Assembly: GCA_050945235.1 (NCBI GenBank)
Contig: JBMNSO010000002.1
Location: forward strand, 1-36,724
Source of the DNA: Mahellales bacterium
GTDB taxonomy: Bacteria; Bacillota; Clostridia; DUOD01
DNA: 36,724 nt
Reading direction: 5' to 3'
Both the position numbers and the translations under genes were made by a program. This document shows positions 19,089 through 28,000 of the stretch, in pieces (positions within the stretch are counted from its first letter, which is position 1; each line of letters starts with the position of its first letter). Under the pieces are notes generated by a model that saw only the letters and a list, made by a program, of their open reading frames with translations, was not told where the DNA came from and did not search any database.

Positions 19089-20296
19089 AAAAGGCTTTAT
19101 ATATAGCCGGGCTTACTTTACTGCAGACCAAAAAGGACAGACTGATGTTGGTGCTTATGATAGGCCTTTCCATTTTTTTTACCTTTATTATTGGTGTGGC
19201 CTATGGCGGTGGTGATGACACCACACCGGTGAAAATACCGGTGGCTGTGGTGGACAATGACCGGTCGGCTATTTCCCAGGAAATTATTAACAGGTTAGAG
19301 GAATCAGGTCTCTATGACGTCGTATTCCCCGAAGAGGAAGTCATATATAATCACGTAAGGGACAGAGTGGTAGAGACAGGTCTTATTATTCCCCAGGGAT
19401 TTGGACAGTCGGTGGCAGAGGGGCAGTACAAAAATATAACCGTTGTCAGGCTTGAAATGTCCAGTGGCTCTAATGCAATAATCAAAGAGATTGAAAGGGT
19501 AATTTCCGGCTTTGCGGCAGCCCATGCCGGTGCCGATATAATAAGAAATGAAGGCAGCTTTCTAGCCGCAGAGGACCCCGCCGTGATTGAAAAAAAGGCG
19601 CAGCAGACATTTGATATCATAATAGAGGAATTAAAGAAGCCAAATGTAACAAGTGATTACCGGTATGTGACCATGGATGGAGAAACACAACAGGAGCATA
19701 GACCGTTGGACAGCGCATCCATGGGTTTTATGCTCATGTTTACCATGTTCACCATATTGTTCAGTGCCGGGGAGATACTGGAGGAGAGAAAGACCTATAC
19801 TTGGTATAGGCTGATGTCCACACCTACAGCCAAAGGGTCTATAATAGGAGGAAAAATGCTGGGTATATATCTTGTGGGGTGTATACAGATCTTGGTTTTG
19901 GTACTGGCCGGACATTTTTTATTTAATGTCAACTACGGCGCTTCCCTGGCCGGGGTTATAGCTCTCATGGCTGTTTTCCTGGTGTCGGTCCTTGGGCTGG
20001 GTCTAATGCTGGCTGCCTTGGTTAAGACCAATGGACAGCTGCAGGCCCTGGCGCCCATAATCATAGTGGGTACTTCTATGATCGGTGGGTGTTTTTGGCC
20101 GCTGGAGATGGCTTCACCTGCCATGCAGTCCCTGGCAAGGTTTTCCCCCCAGGGCTGGGCAATGACGGGATTGATCGATTTGGTGGTGAGTAATGCAAGG
20201 GTGTGGGATGTGGGACTTAATATCTTGGTGCTTTTTGGGTTTTCAGCTGTGTTCTTTGCCATAACCTTGCTAAAACTAAAATATGAATATAGGTAG
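19085..20296 (+). CDS. ABC-2 type permease (paralogue of the preceding gene)
   Basis: 403 aa with the same topology as 17874-19088. Confidence 0.8.
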   Translation: MKKALYIAGLTLLQTKKDRLMLVLMIGLSIFFTFIIGVAYGGGDDTTPVKIPVAVVDNDRSAISQEIINRLEESGLYDVVFPEEEVIYNHVRDRVVETGLIIPQGFGQSVAEGQYKNITVVRLEMSSGSNAIIKEIERVISGFAAAHAGADIIRNEGSFLAAEDPAVIEKKAQQTFDIIIEELKKPNVTSDYRYVTMDGETQQEHRPLDSASMGFMLMFTMFTILFSAGEILEERKTYTWYRLMSTPTAKGSIIGGKMLGIYLVGCIQILVLVLAGHFLFNVNYGASLAGVIALMAVFLVSVLGLGLMLAALVKTNGQLQALAPIIIVGTSMIGGCFWPLEMASPAMQSLARFSPQGWAMTGLIDLVVSNARVWDVGLNILVLFGFSAVFFAITLLKLKYEYR

Positions 20297-20406
20297 TCTT
20301 GTTAAATCCCATTTTAAGATGCTATTGAAAATTACACAGTCGGTAACTAATTGTTTCTCAATTGTAAGGCAATGTAGGTTCAATACAATAGTTTGCATAA
20401 TTAATA

Positions 20407-20444
20407 CCTCCAAGAATATTTTATTATAGAACAATTCTTGGAGG
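20407..20444 (+). promoter_or_regulatory. Stem-loop that sequesters the cwlD Shine-Dalgarno sequence, or a weak terminator
   Basis: Perfect 11-nt arms, cctccaagaat (20407-17) and attcttggagg (20434-44). The right arm contains the GGAGG that lies 8 nt before ATG 20452. Followed by tatttt. Confidence 0.5.
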
Positions 20445-20451
20445 TATTTTG

Positions 20452-21174
20452 ATGAAGATTATTTATCTTAGTTTTAAAAGGCTTATATACATATTGTCCA
20501 TGTCGGCTGTGATAGTCGCCACCTTTATGATATCTTTAAGTATGTATTATCAAACCCTAGAGGCTATGGGCTTTCCCACCACGGGAAAGGTTATAGTCAT
20601 TGATCCGGGCCATGGAGGTGAAGACCCAGGCGCCGTTAGCCCGGGAGGTACAGAGGAATCCCATATTAACCTTGCCATTGCAAAGAGGCTTAAGGAGTAT
20701 TTGGAGCAGGACGGCACCATGGTTATTATGACCAGGGAAGATGACAGGGGCCTTTATGACCAGGGTGGCACCTTCAGGCAAAGGAAGCTGCAGGATCTTG
20801 AGAGAAGGCGTCAGATTGTTATAGATAGTAATGCCGATCTATTCATTTCCATCCATATAAACAAGTTTCCCCAGTCCAAGTACTATGGCGCCCAAACCTT
20901 TTACCTCACCGGGGATCAGGAAGCAGAAAGACTTGCTAAAATTATTCAGGCCAGATTGATAGAAGTGCTAGGGAGAAACAACAAAAGACAAGCCAAGGCC
21001 AGTAACGATTATTATATTTTAAAGGACAATAATGCGGTATCGGTATTGGTGGAATGTGGTTTCCTTTCAAATGCCCAGGAGGAAATGTTGCTTAAGGACG
21101 CCCAATATCAGGATAAGATTGCGTGGGCAATATATACAGGTATCGTTGAATACTTGTCCAGTGTCCAAAATTAG
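20452..21174 (+). CDS. cwlD: N-acetylmuramoyl-L-alanine amidase, CwlD-like (germination-specific)
   Basis: N-terminal TM, IDPGHGGEDPGA, HINKF and ECGFLSN motifs. About 240 aa, typical of CwlD. Confidence 0.85.
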   Translation: MKIIYLSFKRLIYILSMSAVIVATFMISLSMYYQTLEAMGFPTTGKVIVIDPGHGGEDPGAVSPGGTEESHINLAIAKRLKEYLEQDGTMVIMTREDDRGLYDQGGTFRQRKLQDLERRRQIVIDSNADLFISIHINKFPQSKYYGAQTFYLTGDQEAERLAKIIQARLIEVLGRNNKRQAKASNDYYILKDNNAVSVLVECGFLSNAQEEMLLKDAQYQDKIAWAIYTGIVEYLSSVQN

Positions 21175-21324
21175 TCTTTTTTATCCTCTTTTATTTGCGT
21201 AAAAGTAAAAACAGTGTTAATATATTGGTAGGAGACTGTTAAAAAAATATCAACGATATATGGAAATATTGCACATCTTAGACACGAATGGAAAATACTG
21301 AAGTAGTCCTGAGGGGGATTTACT

Positions 21325-23961
21325 TTGAATGTTGGAATAATAAGAACCATTTCTGAAAAGTGTGCCCAGTGCTATTCATGCGTGAGAAACTGTCCGGTAA
21401 AGGCGGTAAAGATCAATAACGGTCGTGCCCAGGTAATCCAGGAAAGGTGTATACATTGTGGCAACTGCGTCAAGATATGCTCAAGACAGGCTAAAGAGAT
21501 ATACGACGGAATAAATCCAACCTTGGAAATGATAAGCAAAGGCAGATGCATAGCGATCATTGCCCCCTCCTTTCCAGCAGTATACAAGGAAAACCACGAC
21601 AGGGTGGCAGCCGGGTTAAAGAAACTGGGTTTCAGCGAGGTATGGGAAGTTGCGGTAGGTGCAGAACTGGTAGCCCAGGCATATCAGCAATTGAACTTTA
21701 GTAACGGATGTTATATCAGCTCTGCCTGCCCAGCTGTAATTAACTTGGTACAGAAACACTATCCGAATCTTATATCCAACCTGGTGCCGGTGGTTTCCCC
21801 TGCCATTGCCACCGGTAGGCTCATTAGGCATCTATATGACGATCAGGATTTTAACATTGTCTTTATTGGACCCTGTATAGCTAAGAAAGGTGAAATCAGG
21901 GATCCTGAAGTATCAGGCGTAATAGACGAGGTATTAACCTTTGACGAACTGAATTCCTTGTTCCAAAGGCAGTCCATTGACCTGGGTTCATTGGAAAAGG
22001 TATCCTTTGACGGGTTGAATGCTTCCCTGGCATATCTTTTTCCCCTGTCCGGGGGTTTATTAAAAAACCTTAGCCAACAAAGTGATCTGCTCAACGATAA
22101 TTATATGGTGGTAGACGGGAGCAGCTCAATCAAAGAGATATTCAATAGCCTTAACGACTATAAAGAAAAGATTAATCTCATCGACTGCCTCTTTTGCTCC
22201 GGTTGTATAAATGGACCTTCTGGGGGTAGCGGTGGTAATATCCTGGCAAAGAAACAGGAAATAATATACTATATGAAGTCTATACCCATCGAAGAGCAAG
22301 CACGGGCCAAAAAGGAATTGCTAAGTATACAGCTGGATCTTAAGCGGAATTTTTGCTATAGTGGTCTACGCCTGCCTGCCCCAAGGGAAGAAGACATAAG
22401 AAAGGTTTTAACACAAATCGGGAAAAACACCGACGAGGATCTTTTAAACTGTGGAGCTTGTGGGTATTCCTCTTGCAGGGAAAAGGCCATAGCCGTGTGC
22501 CAGGGCATCGCTGAAAAGGAGATGTGCATGCCCTTTCTCTTGTCCCAGAAGAATTACCTGTTATCGGCACTGGAGGATGAACTGTCAAAGATAAAGGAAT
22601 TGAAGGAAGAGTTGGATATAATAATAGATTCTTCTTACGACGGCATTTGCTTAACCGACGGTAGTGGGGAGGTGCTAAGGACCAACAATGCCTTTGCTAA
22701 GATGCTGCAGTTAAAACCGGAGGACATTACGGGGTTATCCATAAGGGACTTGGAAAAGAACGGTATGATCCACCCTTCTGCTACCATGATGGTGTTGAAA
22801 GCCCGCAAACCCGTTACTTTTCTCCAAGGCTTAAAGTCTGGTAAGCAAGTATTGGCCACCGGTGTCCCTGTATTCGATGAAGCAGGAAATGTAAGCAAGG
22901 TTATAACCAATATAAGGGACTTTGAAGAATTACAAAGAATAAAACGGCGGTTGGATGAGGTGAATTATTCCAACAATGGAATAGAGGATGGAAGGGCGAA
23001 TAAAAAGGCTGAGGCAAAGATAATAGCCTTTAGCGACGTGTTTGGCGAGGTATTGGATTTAGCCAATAGAATAGCCAACGTGGATTCTACAGTATTGGTG
23101 CTGGGAGAATCCGGTGTGGGCAAGGAGGTCATAGTAAGGTATATCCATAGAATAAGCAACAGATCCGACAAACCCTTTGTTAAAATCAATTGTGGCGCTC
23201 TGCCGGAATCGTTAATAGAATCGGAACTTTTCGGGTACGATACCGGCGCCTTCACCGGTGCAAAAAAACAGGGTAAACCGGGATTGTTTGAACTGGCGGA
23301 CAAGGGCATATTATTTCTTGATGAGATAGGGGAACTTCCCCTATCCCAACAGGTGAAGCTGTTACAGGCCATACAGGAAAAAAGGATTGTACGGGTGGGG
23401 GGAACCAAACCCATACCAATAGATGTGAGGATAATAGTGGCTACCAACAGGGACTTGGCAAGGATGGTAAAAAACGGCGAGTTTAGGGCCGATCTTTATT
23501 ACAGGCTCAACGTTGTTCCCATAACCATTCCACCCTTAAGAAAGAGAAGGGATGATATTATTCCCTTGGCTCGCCATTTCTTAAAGGTTTATAACACCAA
23601 GTATTCTACCAGTAGAGAAATTTCCCAACAGGTCAAGGATAGATTCCTCGAATATAAATGGCCGGGCAATGTAAGGGAATTGGAAAATATAATGGAAAGG
23701 CTGGTAGTTACGGCTTCAAGCGATATTATCACCGAAGAAGACCTTCCCCCTGTATTAAAAACTCCTGTGGATACACAGACCGGGTCCGGGAAGGAAATCA
23801 CCCTCCTGCCCCTTAAGAAGGCACTGGAGGAAAGGGAAAAGGAACTGATACTCCAGGCAAGGCAGTTATACGATAGCACCTATAAGATAGCTGAAGTTCT
23901 TGAAGTTAACCAGTCCACCATCGTTAGAAAATTGCAGAAATACCGAAAGGAGGATAAATAA
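21325..23961 (+). CDS. Sigma-54-dependent transcriptional activator with an N-terminal sensory [FeFe]-hydrogenase-like domain and PAS
   Basis: CAQCYSCVRNCP and CIHCGNCVKIC (2x[4Fe-4S]). H-domain-like motifs SSACP, GPCIAKKGE and CSGCINGP. CGACGYSSC-x16-C. PAS (aa ~430-540). AAA+ module with GESGVGKE, GAFTGA and ESELFGY. C-terminal HTH YKIAEVLEVNQSTIVRKL. TTG start after GAGGGGGA. Confidence 0.9.
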   Translation: MNVGIIRTISEKCAQCYSCVRNCPVKAVKINNGRAQVIQERCIHCGNCVKICSRQAKEIYDGINPTLEMISKGRCIAIIAPSFPAVYKENHDRVAAGLKKLGFSEVWEVAVGAELVAQAYQQLNFSNGCYISSACPAVINLVQKHYPNLISNLVPVVSPAIATGRLIRHLYDDQDFNIVFIGPCIAKKGEIRDPEVSGVIDEVLTFDELNSLFQRQSIDLGSLEKVSFDGLNASLAYLFPLSGGLLKNLSQQSDLLNDNYMVVDGSSSIKEIFNSLNDYKEKINLIDCLFCSGCINGPSGGSGGNILAKKQEIIYYMKSIPIEEQARAKKELLSIQLDLKRNFCYSGLRLPAPREEDIRKVLTQIGKNTDEDLLNCGACGYSSCREKAIAVCQGIAEKEMCMPFLLSQKNYLLSALEDELSKIKELKEELDIIIDSSYDGICLTDGSGEVLRTNNAFAKMLQLKPEDITGLSIRDLEKNGMIHPSATMMVLKARKPVTFLQGLKSGKQVLATGVPVFDEAGNVSKVITNIRDFEELQRIKRRLDEVNYSNNGIEDGRANKKAEAKIIAFSDVFGEVLDLANRIANVDSTVLVLGESGVGKEVIVRYIHRISNRSDKPFVKINCGALPESLIESELFGYDTGAFTGAKKQGKPGLFELADKGILFLDEIGELPLSQQVKLLQAIQEKRIVRVGGTKPIPIDVRIIVATNRDLARMVKNGEFRADLYYRLNVVPITIPPLRKRRDDIIPLARHFLKVYNTKYSTSREISQQVKDRFLEYKWPGNVRELENIMERLVVTASSDIITEEDLPPVLKTPVDTQTGSGKEITLLPLKKALEEREKELILQARQLYDSTYKIAEVLEVNQSTIVRKLQKYRKEDK

Positions 23962-24001
23962 TAAACCAAAGGGGACTATAATGCCCGGGTGCATGGAAGG
24001 A

Positions 24002-24019
24002 TAATGCAATGTTGCATTA
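24002..24019. promoter_or_regulatory. Candidate enhancer (UAS 1) for the sigma-54 activator
   Basis: Perfect palindrome taatgcaa-tg-ttgcatta, about 126 nt upstream of the -12 element. Confidence 0.55.
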
Positions 24020-24056
24020 CTTCAAGATGCGGATTATTACTCTTTTCCAGTGCTGT

Positions 24057-24074
24057 TAATGCAATAGTGCATCA
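24057..24074. promoter_or_regulatory. Candidate enhancer (UAS 2)
   Basis: taatgcaatagtgcatca has the same left half-site and a degenerate right half. Its centre is 55 nt from the UAS 1 centre (about 5 helical turns) and about 71 nt from the -12 element. Confidence 0.5.
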
Positions 24075-24093
24075 ATAAACAGTAATATTCTGT

Positions 24094-24121
24094 AAAACAA
24101 GGCTAATAGCCTTGTTTTTTA
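24094..24121 (+). terminator. Intrinsic terminator of the regulator gene
   Basis: acaaggct-aat-agccttgt stem-loop followed by tttttt. It ends one base before the -24 element. Confidence 0.75.
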
Positions 24122-24122
24122 T

Positions 24123-24138
24123 TGGCATGAAAGTTGCA
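24123..24138 (+). promoter_or_regulatory. Sigma-54 (-24/-12) promoter of the hydrogenase operon
   Basis: TGGCAT-gaaag-TTGCA matches TGGCAC-N5-TTGCW with correct GG/GC spacing. It lies 60 nt upstream of ATG 24198. Confidence 0.8.
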
Positions 24139-24197
24139 TCTATATAATAGTAGAGTCAAATCAAAAATTGGCAAATGAAAGGAAGGGGAGTATTTCG

Positions 24198-24707
24198 ATG
24201 AGTGTGACCTTTCAGCAGGGAGAACAGGAAGAAATCAGGCTGGTGGAAGAAATAATATCTGCATATGAAGACAAGCCGGGATCTTTGATACCGGTACTCC
24301 ATGAGACTCAAAAGGTACTGGGCTTTTTACCCCGGTGGGCCCAGGAAAGGATTGCCGAAAGGCTTAATATCAATTCCAGTGAAGTAAACAGTGTGGTAAG
24401 TTTTTACTCATTATTTTCCGAAAAGCCCAAGGGCAAGTACTGTATAGGGGTTTGTAAGGGTACTGCCTGTTATGTAAGGGGCTCGGAGGAAATAATCAAA
24501 AAACTGGAAAAGGAACTGGGGATTGAAGTGGGCGATACAACAGATGACGGTAAGTATTCTCTGGAGGTACTAAGATGCCTTGGGGCATGCGGGCTGGGGC
24601 CTGTTGTTACGGTAAACGAGAGGGTGTATACCAGGATGAAACCCGAAAAGGTGCGGGATATGCTACAGGATATCGATGATATGGAAAAAAGGGGTGAGGA
24701 GTCGTGA
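24198..24707 (+). CDS. NuoE/HndA/HydC-like [2Fe-2S] hydrogenase subunit
   Basis: CKGTAC ... CLGAC (NuoE-type Cx4C...Cx3C). GGAAGGGGAG ribosome-binding site 7 nt before ATG 24198; the TTG at 24168 has no ribosome-binding site. Confidence 0.88.
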   Translation: MSVTFQQGEQEEIRLVEEIISAYEDKPGSLIPVLHETQKVLGFLPRWAQERIAERLNINSSEVNSVVSFYSLFSEKPKGKYCIGVCKGTACYVRGSEEIIKKLEKELGIEVGDTTDDGKYSLEVLRCLGACGLGPVVTVNERVYTRMKPEKVRDMLQDIDDMEKRGEES

Positions 24708-25072
24708 CAGGTATGGATGTTTACAATCGGCTGCGGGAAAACCTAATGAAGGACCGGGAAAGTGAACAAAGGGAATGGGTTATCAATGTACAGCTGGGGA
24801 TGTGCTGTTCAAGCGGTAGGGGGTTCGAACTCCTCAATACCATTCGAAAAACCATTGAAGAGAATTATCTTGATAATATAACGGTACGCAGTACCGGTTG
24901 TATGGGTATGTGCAGTTATGAACCGATTATGGAGGTAGCAGGTCCAAGGCAGCAGTCGGTTACCTATTGCATGGTTACGCCTCAAAGGGCTAGGTTAATA
25001 GTTTTAAACCATATTCTAAAGGGTATTGTAATTAAACCATGGACACTGGAAGGAAAGGGCGTGGGGTTATAA
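24704..25072 (+). CDS. Small thioredoxin-like [2Fe-2S] ferredoxin subunit (HndB-like)
   Basis: 122 aa with CCSSG ... GCMGMCSYEP. Overlaps both neighbours. Same position as hndB in the hndABCD order. Confidence 0.7.
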   Translation: MTGMDVYNRLRENLMKDRESEQREWVINVQLGMCCSSGRGFELLNTIRKTIEENYLDNITVRSTGCMGMCSYEPIMEVAGPRQQSVTYCMVTPQRARLIVLNHILKGIVIKPWTLEGKGVGL

Positions 25073-28000
25073 TGGGCTTTATCAGAAATCATGTTCTAGT
25101 TTGTGGCGGAGGCGGTTGTCATTCATCAGGCACTTCAGATCTGGTTGCCCGCCTTAATGAGGAAATCGCAAAAAAGGGTTTGCAAGATGAGATAAAGGTG
25201 GTTGTTACCGGTTGTATGGGCCTGTGCGCCTTAGGCCCGGTTATGATCATTTATCCCGAGGGAGTATTCTATAAAAAGGTAGCTGTTGAAGACATACCCG
25301 AGATAGTGGACCAACATTTATACTTGGGTATAACCGTAGAGAGGTTGTTATACGAGGATCCCGAGGATGGAAGGAAGCTCCCCACCATCAGGGATATACC
25401 CTTTTTCGCAAAGCAGAAAAAAATAGTTCTGAGAAACGTGGGACTTATAGATCCCCATAGGATAGAAGAATATATTGCCTTTGACGGGTATTTTGCCCTG
25501 GCAAAGGTATTGTCTTCCATGAAGCCGGAGGATGTCATCCAAGAGATGATAAAATCAGGTCTTAGAGGCAGGGGGGGTGCAGGTTTTCCCACAGGCCTTA
25601 AGTGGAAGTTTACTGCCCAGGCCAAGGGTGATGTGAAATACGTAACCTGTAATGCCGATGAAGGTGACCCCGGAGCCTATATGGACAGGAGTATAATAGA
25701 AGGCGATCCCCATACATTGATAGAGGGTATGGCCATTGCCGGCTATGCCATCGGCTCCAACCAGGGATATGTTTATATTAGGGCGGAATATCCCATGGCT
25801 GTGGAGAACTTATCGAGGGCTATTGAGCAGGCAAAGAGCTATGGCCTATTAGGTGAAAACATAATGGGCTCGGGTTTTGATTTTGATCTTGAGATAAGGG
25901 TAGGTGCCGGTGCCTTTGTCTGCGGTGAGGAAACTGCCCTGTTGGCTTCTATAGAGGGTAGGAGGGGTGAACCTCGGCCCAAACCGCCCTTCCCGGCTAA
26001 CCAAGGTCTGTGGGATAAGCCCACACTGTTAAGTAATGTGGAGACGTATGCTAATGTTGCTCCCATTATACTGAAGGGTGCCGAATGGTTTAAGAGCATT
26101 GGAACGGACAAGAGCCCTGGTACTAAGGTATTTGCCTTGGCCGGAAATGTAAGAAATACCGGGCTGGTGGAAGTGCCCATGGGTACACCCTTAGGTGATA
26201 TTATATATGACATCGGAGGGGGCATAATAGACGGGAAGCCCTTTAAAGCTGCCCAAACCGGGGGGCCGTCGGGGGGCTGTATTCCAAAAAACGAATTAAA
26301 TGTGCCGGTAGATTATGAGTCTTTGACCGAGCTGGGAACCATTATGGGTTCCGGTGGCCTTATTATAATGGATGAGGATACTTGTATGGTGGACCTGGCA
26401 AAATTCTTTTTGGATTTTGTTCAGGAGGAATCTTGCGGTAAATGTACGCCCTGTCGTGTAGGTACCAGGCGCATGAAGGAGATACTGGAGAGGATTACCC
26501 GGGGCGAAGGCCGGGAGGGTGATATTGAGACCCTGGAAAAACTGGGTAACGAGATAATAGACACTGCCCTTTGTGGGTTAGGTCAAACAGCCCCCAAGCC
26601 TGTCCTCAGCACCATAAAATATTTCAGGGACGAATATGAGGCCCATATCAAGGACAAAAAATGCCCATCTTCCCTGTGCGCTTCATTATTTACTTCACCC
26701 TGTGCCAATGCATGTCCGGCGGGGGTAGATGTACCCAGATATATAGAGTACATTCAAAGGGGATTGTATTATAAAGCGGTGGAGGTCATTAAAGAGAAAA
26801 ATCCTTTGCCGGCTATCTGCGGCCGAATATGCCACAGCCCCTGTGAGGATAAGTGTAGGCGTGCACAGGTGGATGAACCCATGGCCGTTAGGTATTTAAA
26901 GAGGTTTGCTTCCGATTATGAACAGAAAAACTGGGAGAATATATATTTCAATAACCTCCCGTCCAAGAGCGAAGTGGTTAAGGACAAAAAGGTTGCCATC
27001 GTAGGTGCCGGCCCGGCAGGGCTGACTGCGGCTTATTATCTGGCCCGATGGGGCTATCCTGTTACAATATTTGAACAATACGAGGTATTGGGCGGTATGC
27101 TGGCCCTGACTATTCCGGAGTACCGTTTGCCCATGGATGTACTGCAAAAGGAGATTGAGCATATTCTGGCATATGGAGTCGATGTCGTGACAGGAGTAAA
27201 GCTGGGAAGGGATATCCAGCTGAAAGAGCTTAGGGAGCAATACGATGCCGTATTTCTTGCCTTAGGTGCCCATAGATCATTGAACCTCGGTATCCCAGGG
27301 GAGGATGCGGAGGGTGTAATAGATGCACTGACCTTTTTAAAGGCTGTACGTTTGAACCAACCGGTTTCCCTGGGTAAAAGGGTAGCGGTGGTTGGTGGCG
27401 GTAATTCCGGTATTGATGCAGCACGAGTTGCCTTAAGAAAGGGAGCGGAGGATGTATCGATCCTGTACAGGAGGAAGAAGTACGACATGCCGGCTCAGCA
27501 CCATGAGATCGAGGAAGCTACCAAGGAAGGAATAGCTATCCATGAACTTATTACCCCGGTCAGGGTATTGACTGACGATAATAATAAGGTAATAGGTCTG
27601 GAATGCGTAAAAATGGAAATGGGCAAGTTCGACAGCTCAGGCAGGAGAAGGCCTCAGCCCATACCCAATTCTAATTTCATAGTGGATGTGGATACAGTAA
27701 TAGTTGCCATAGGCATGGCCTGTGACGTAAAAGGTATAGACATGGAATCCATTAGAAGGGACTATAAGGATATTCTTCAGGTGGACCATAAAACCATGAT
27801 GAGTGACCTCGACGGTGTATTTGCCGGGGGTGACTGTGTAAACGGGGCGGATTATGTAATAAACGCCATTGCAGATGGAAGGAGAACAGCCTTTTCCATT
27901 GACAGTTTTTTAGGCGGGCGCCAAAGGGAACTGGAAAAGGAACAGAAAATTGAACGGAAGGTCTTCGGTGAAATTATAGAAAAGCCAATGGCCAGGGTCA

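Noticed and set aside
24168-25071. Longer 5' extensions of ORF-track ORFs: 24168 for the NuoE-like gene, 25039 for the NuoF-like gene, 2680 for argF, 16614 for tyrS, 30493 for folT, 34400 for the PTPS-like gene.
   Set aside because: In each case an internal start codon is preceded by a GGAGG-type ribosome-binding site at 6-9 nt, and the extension would include that site within the coding sequence.
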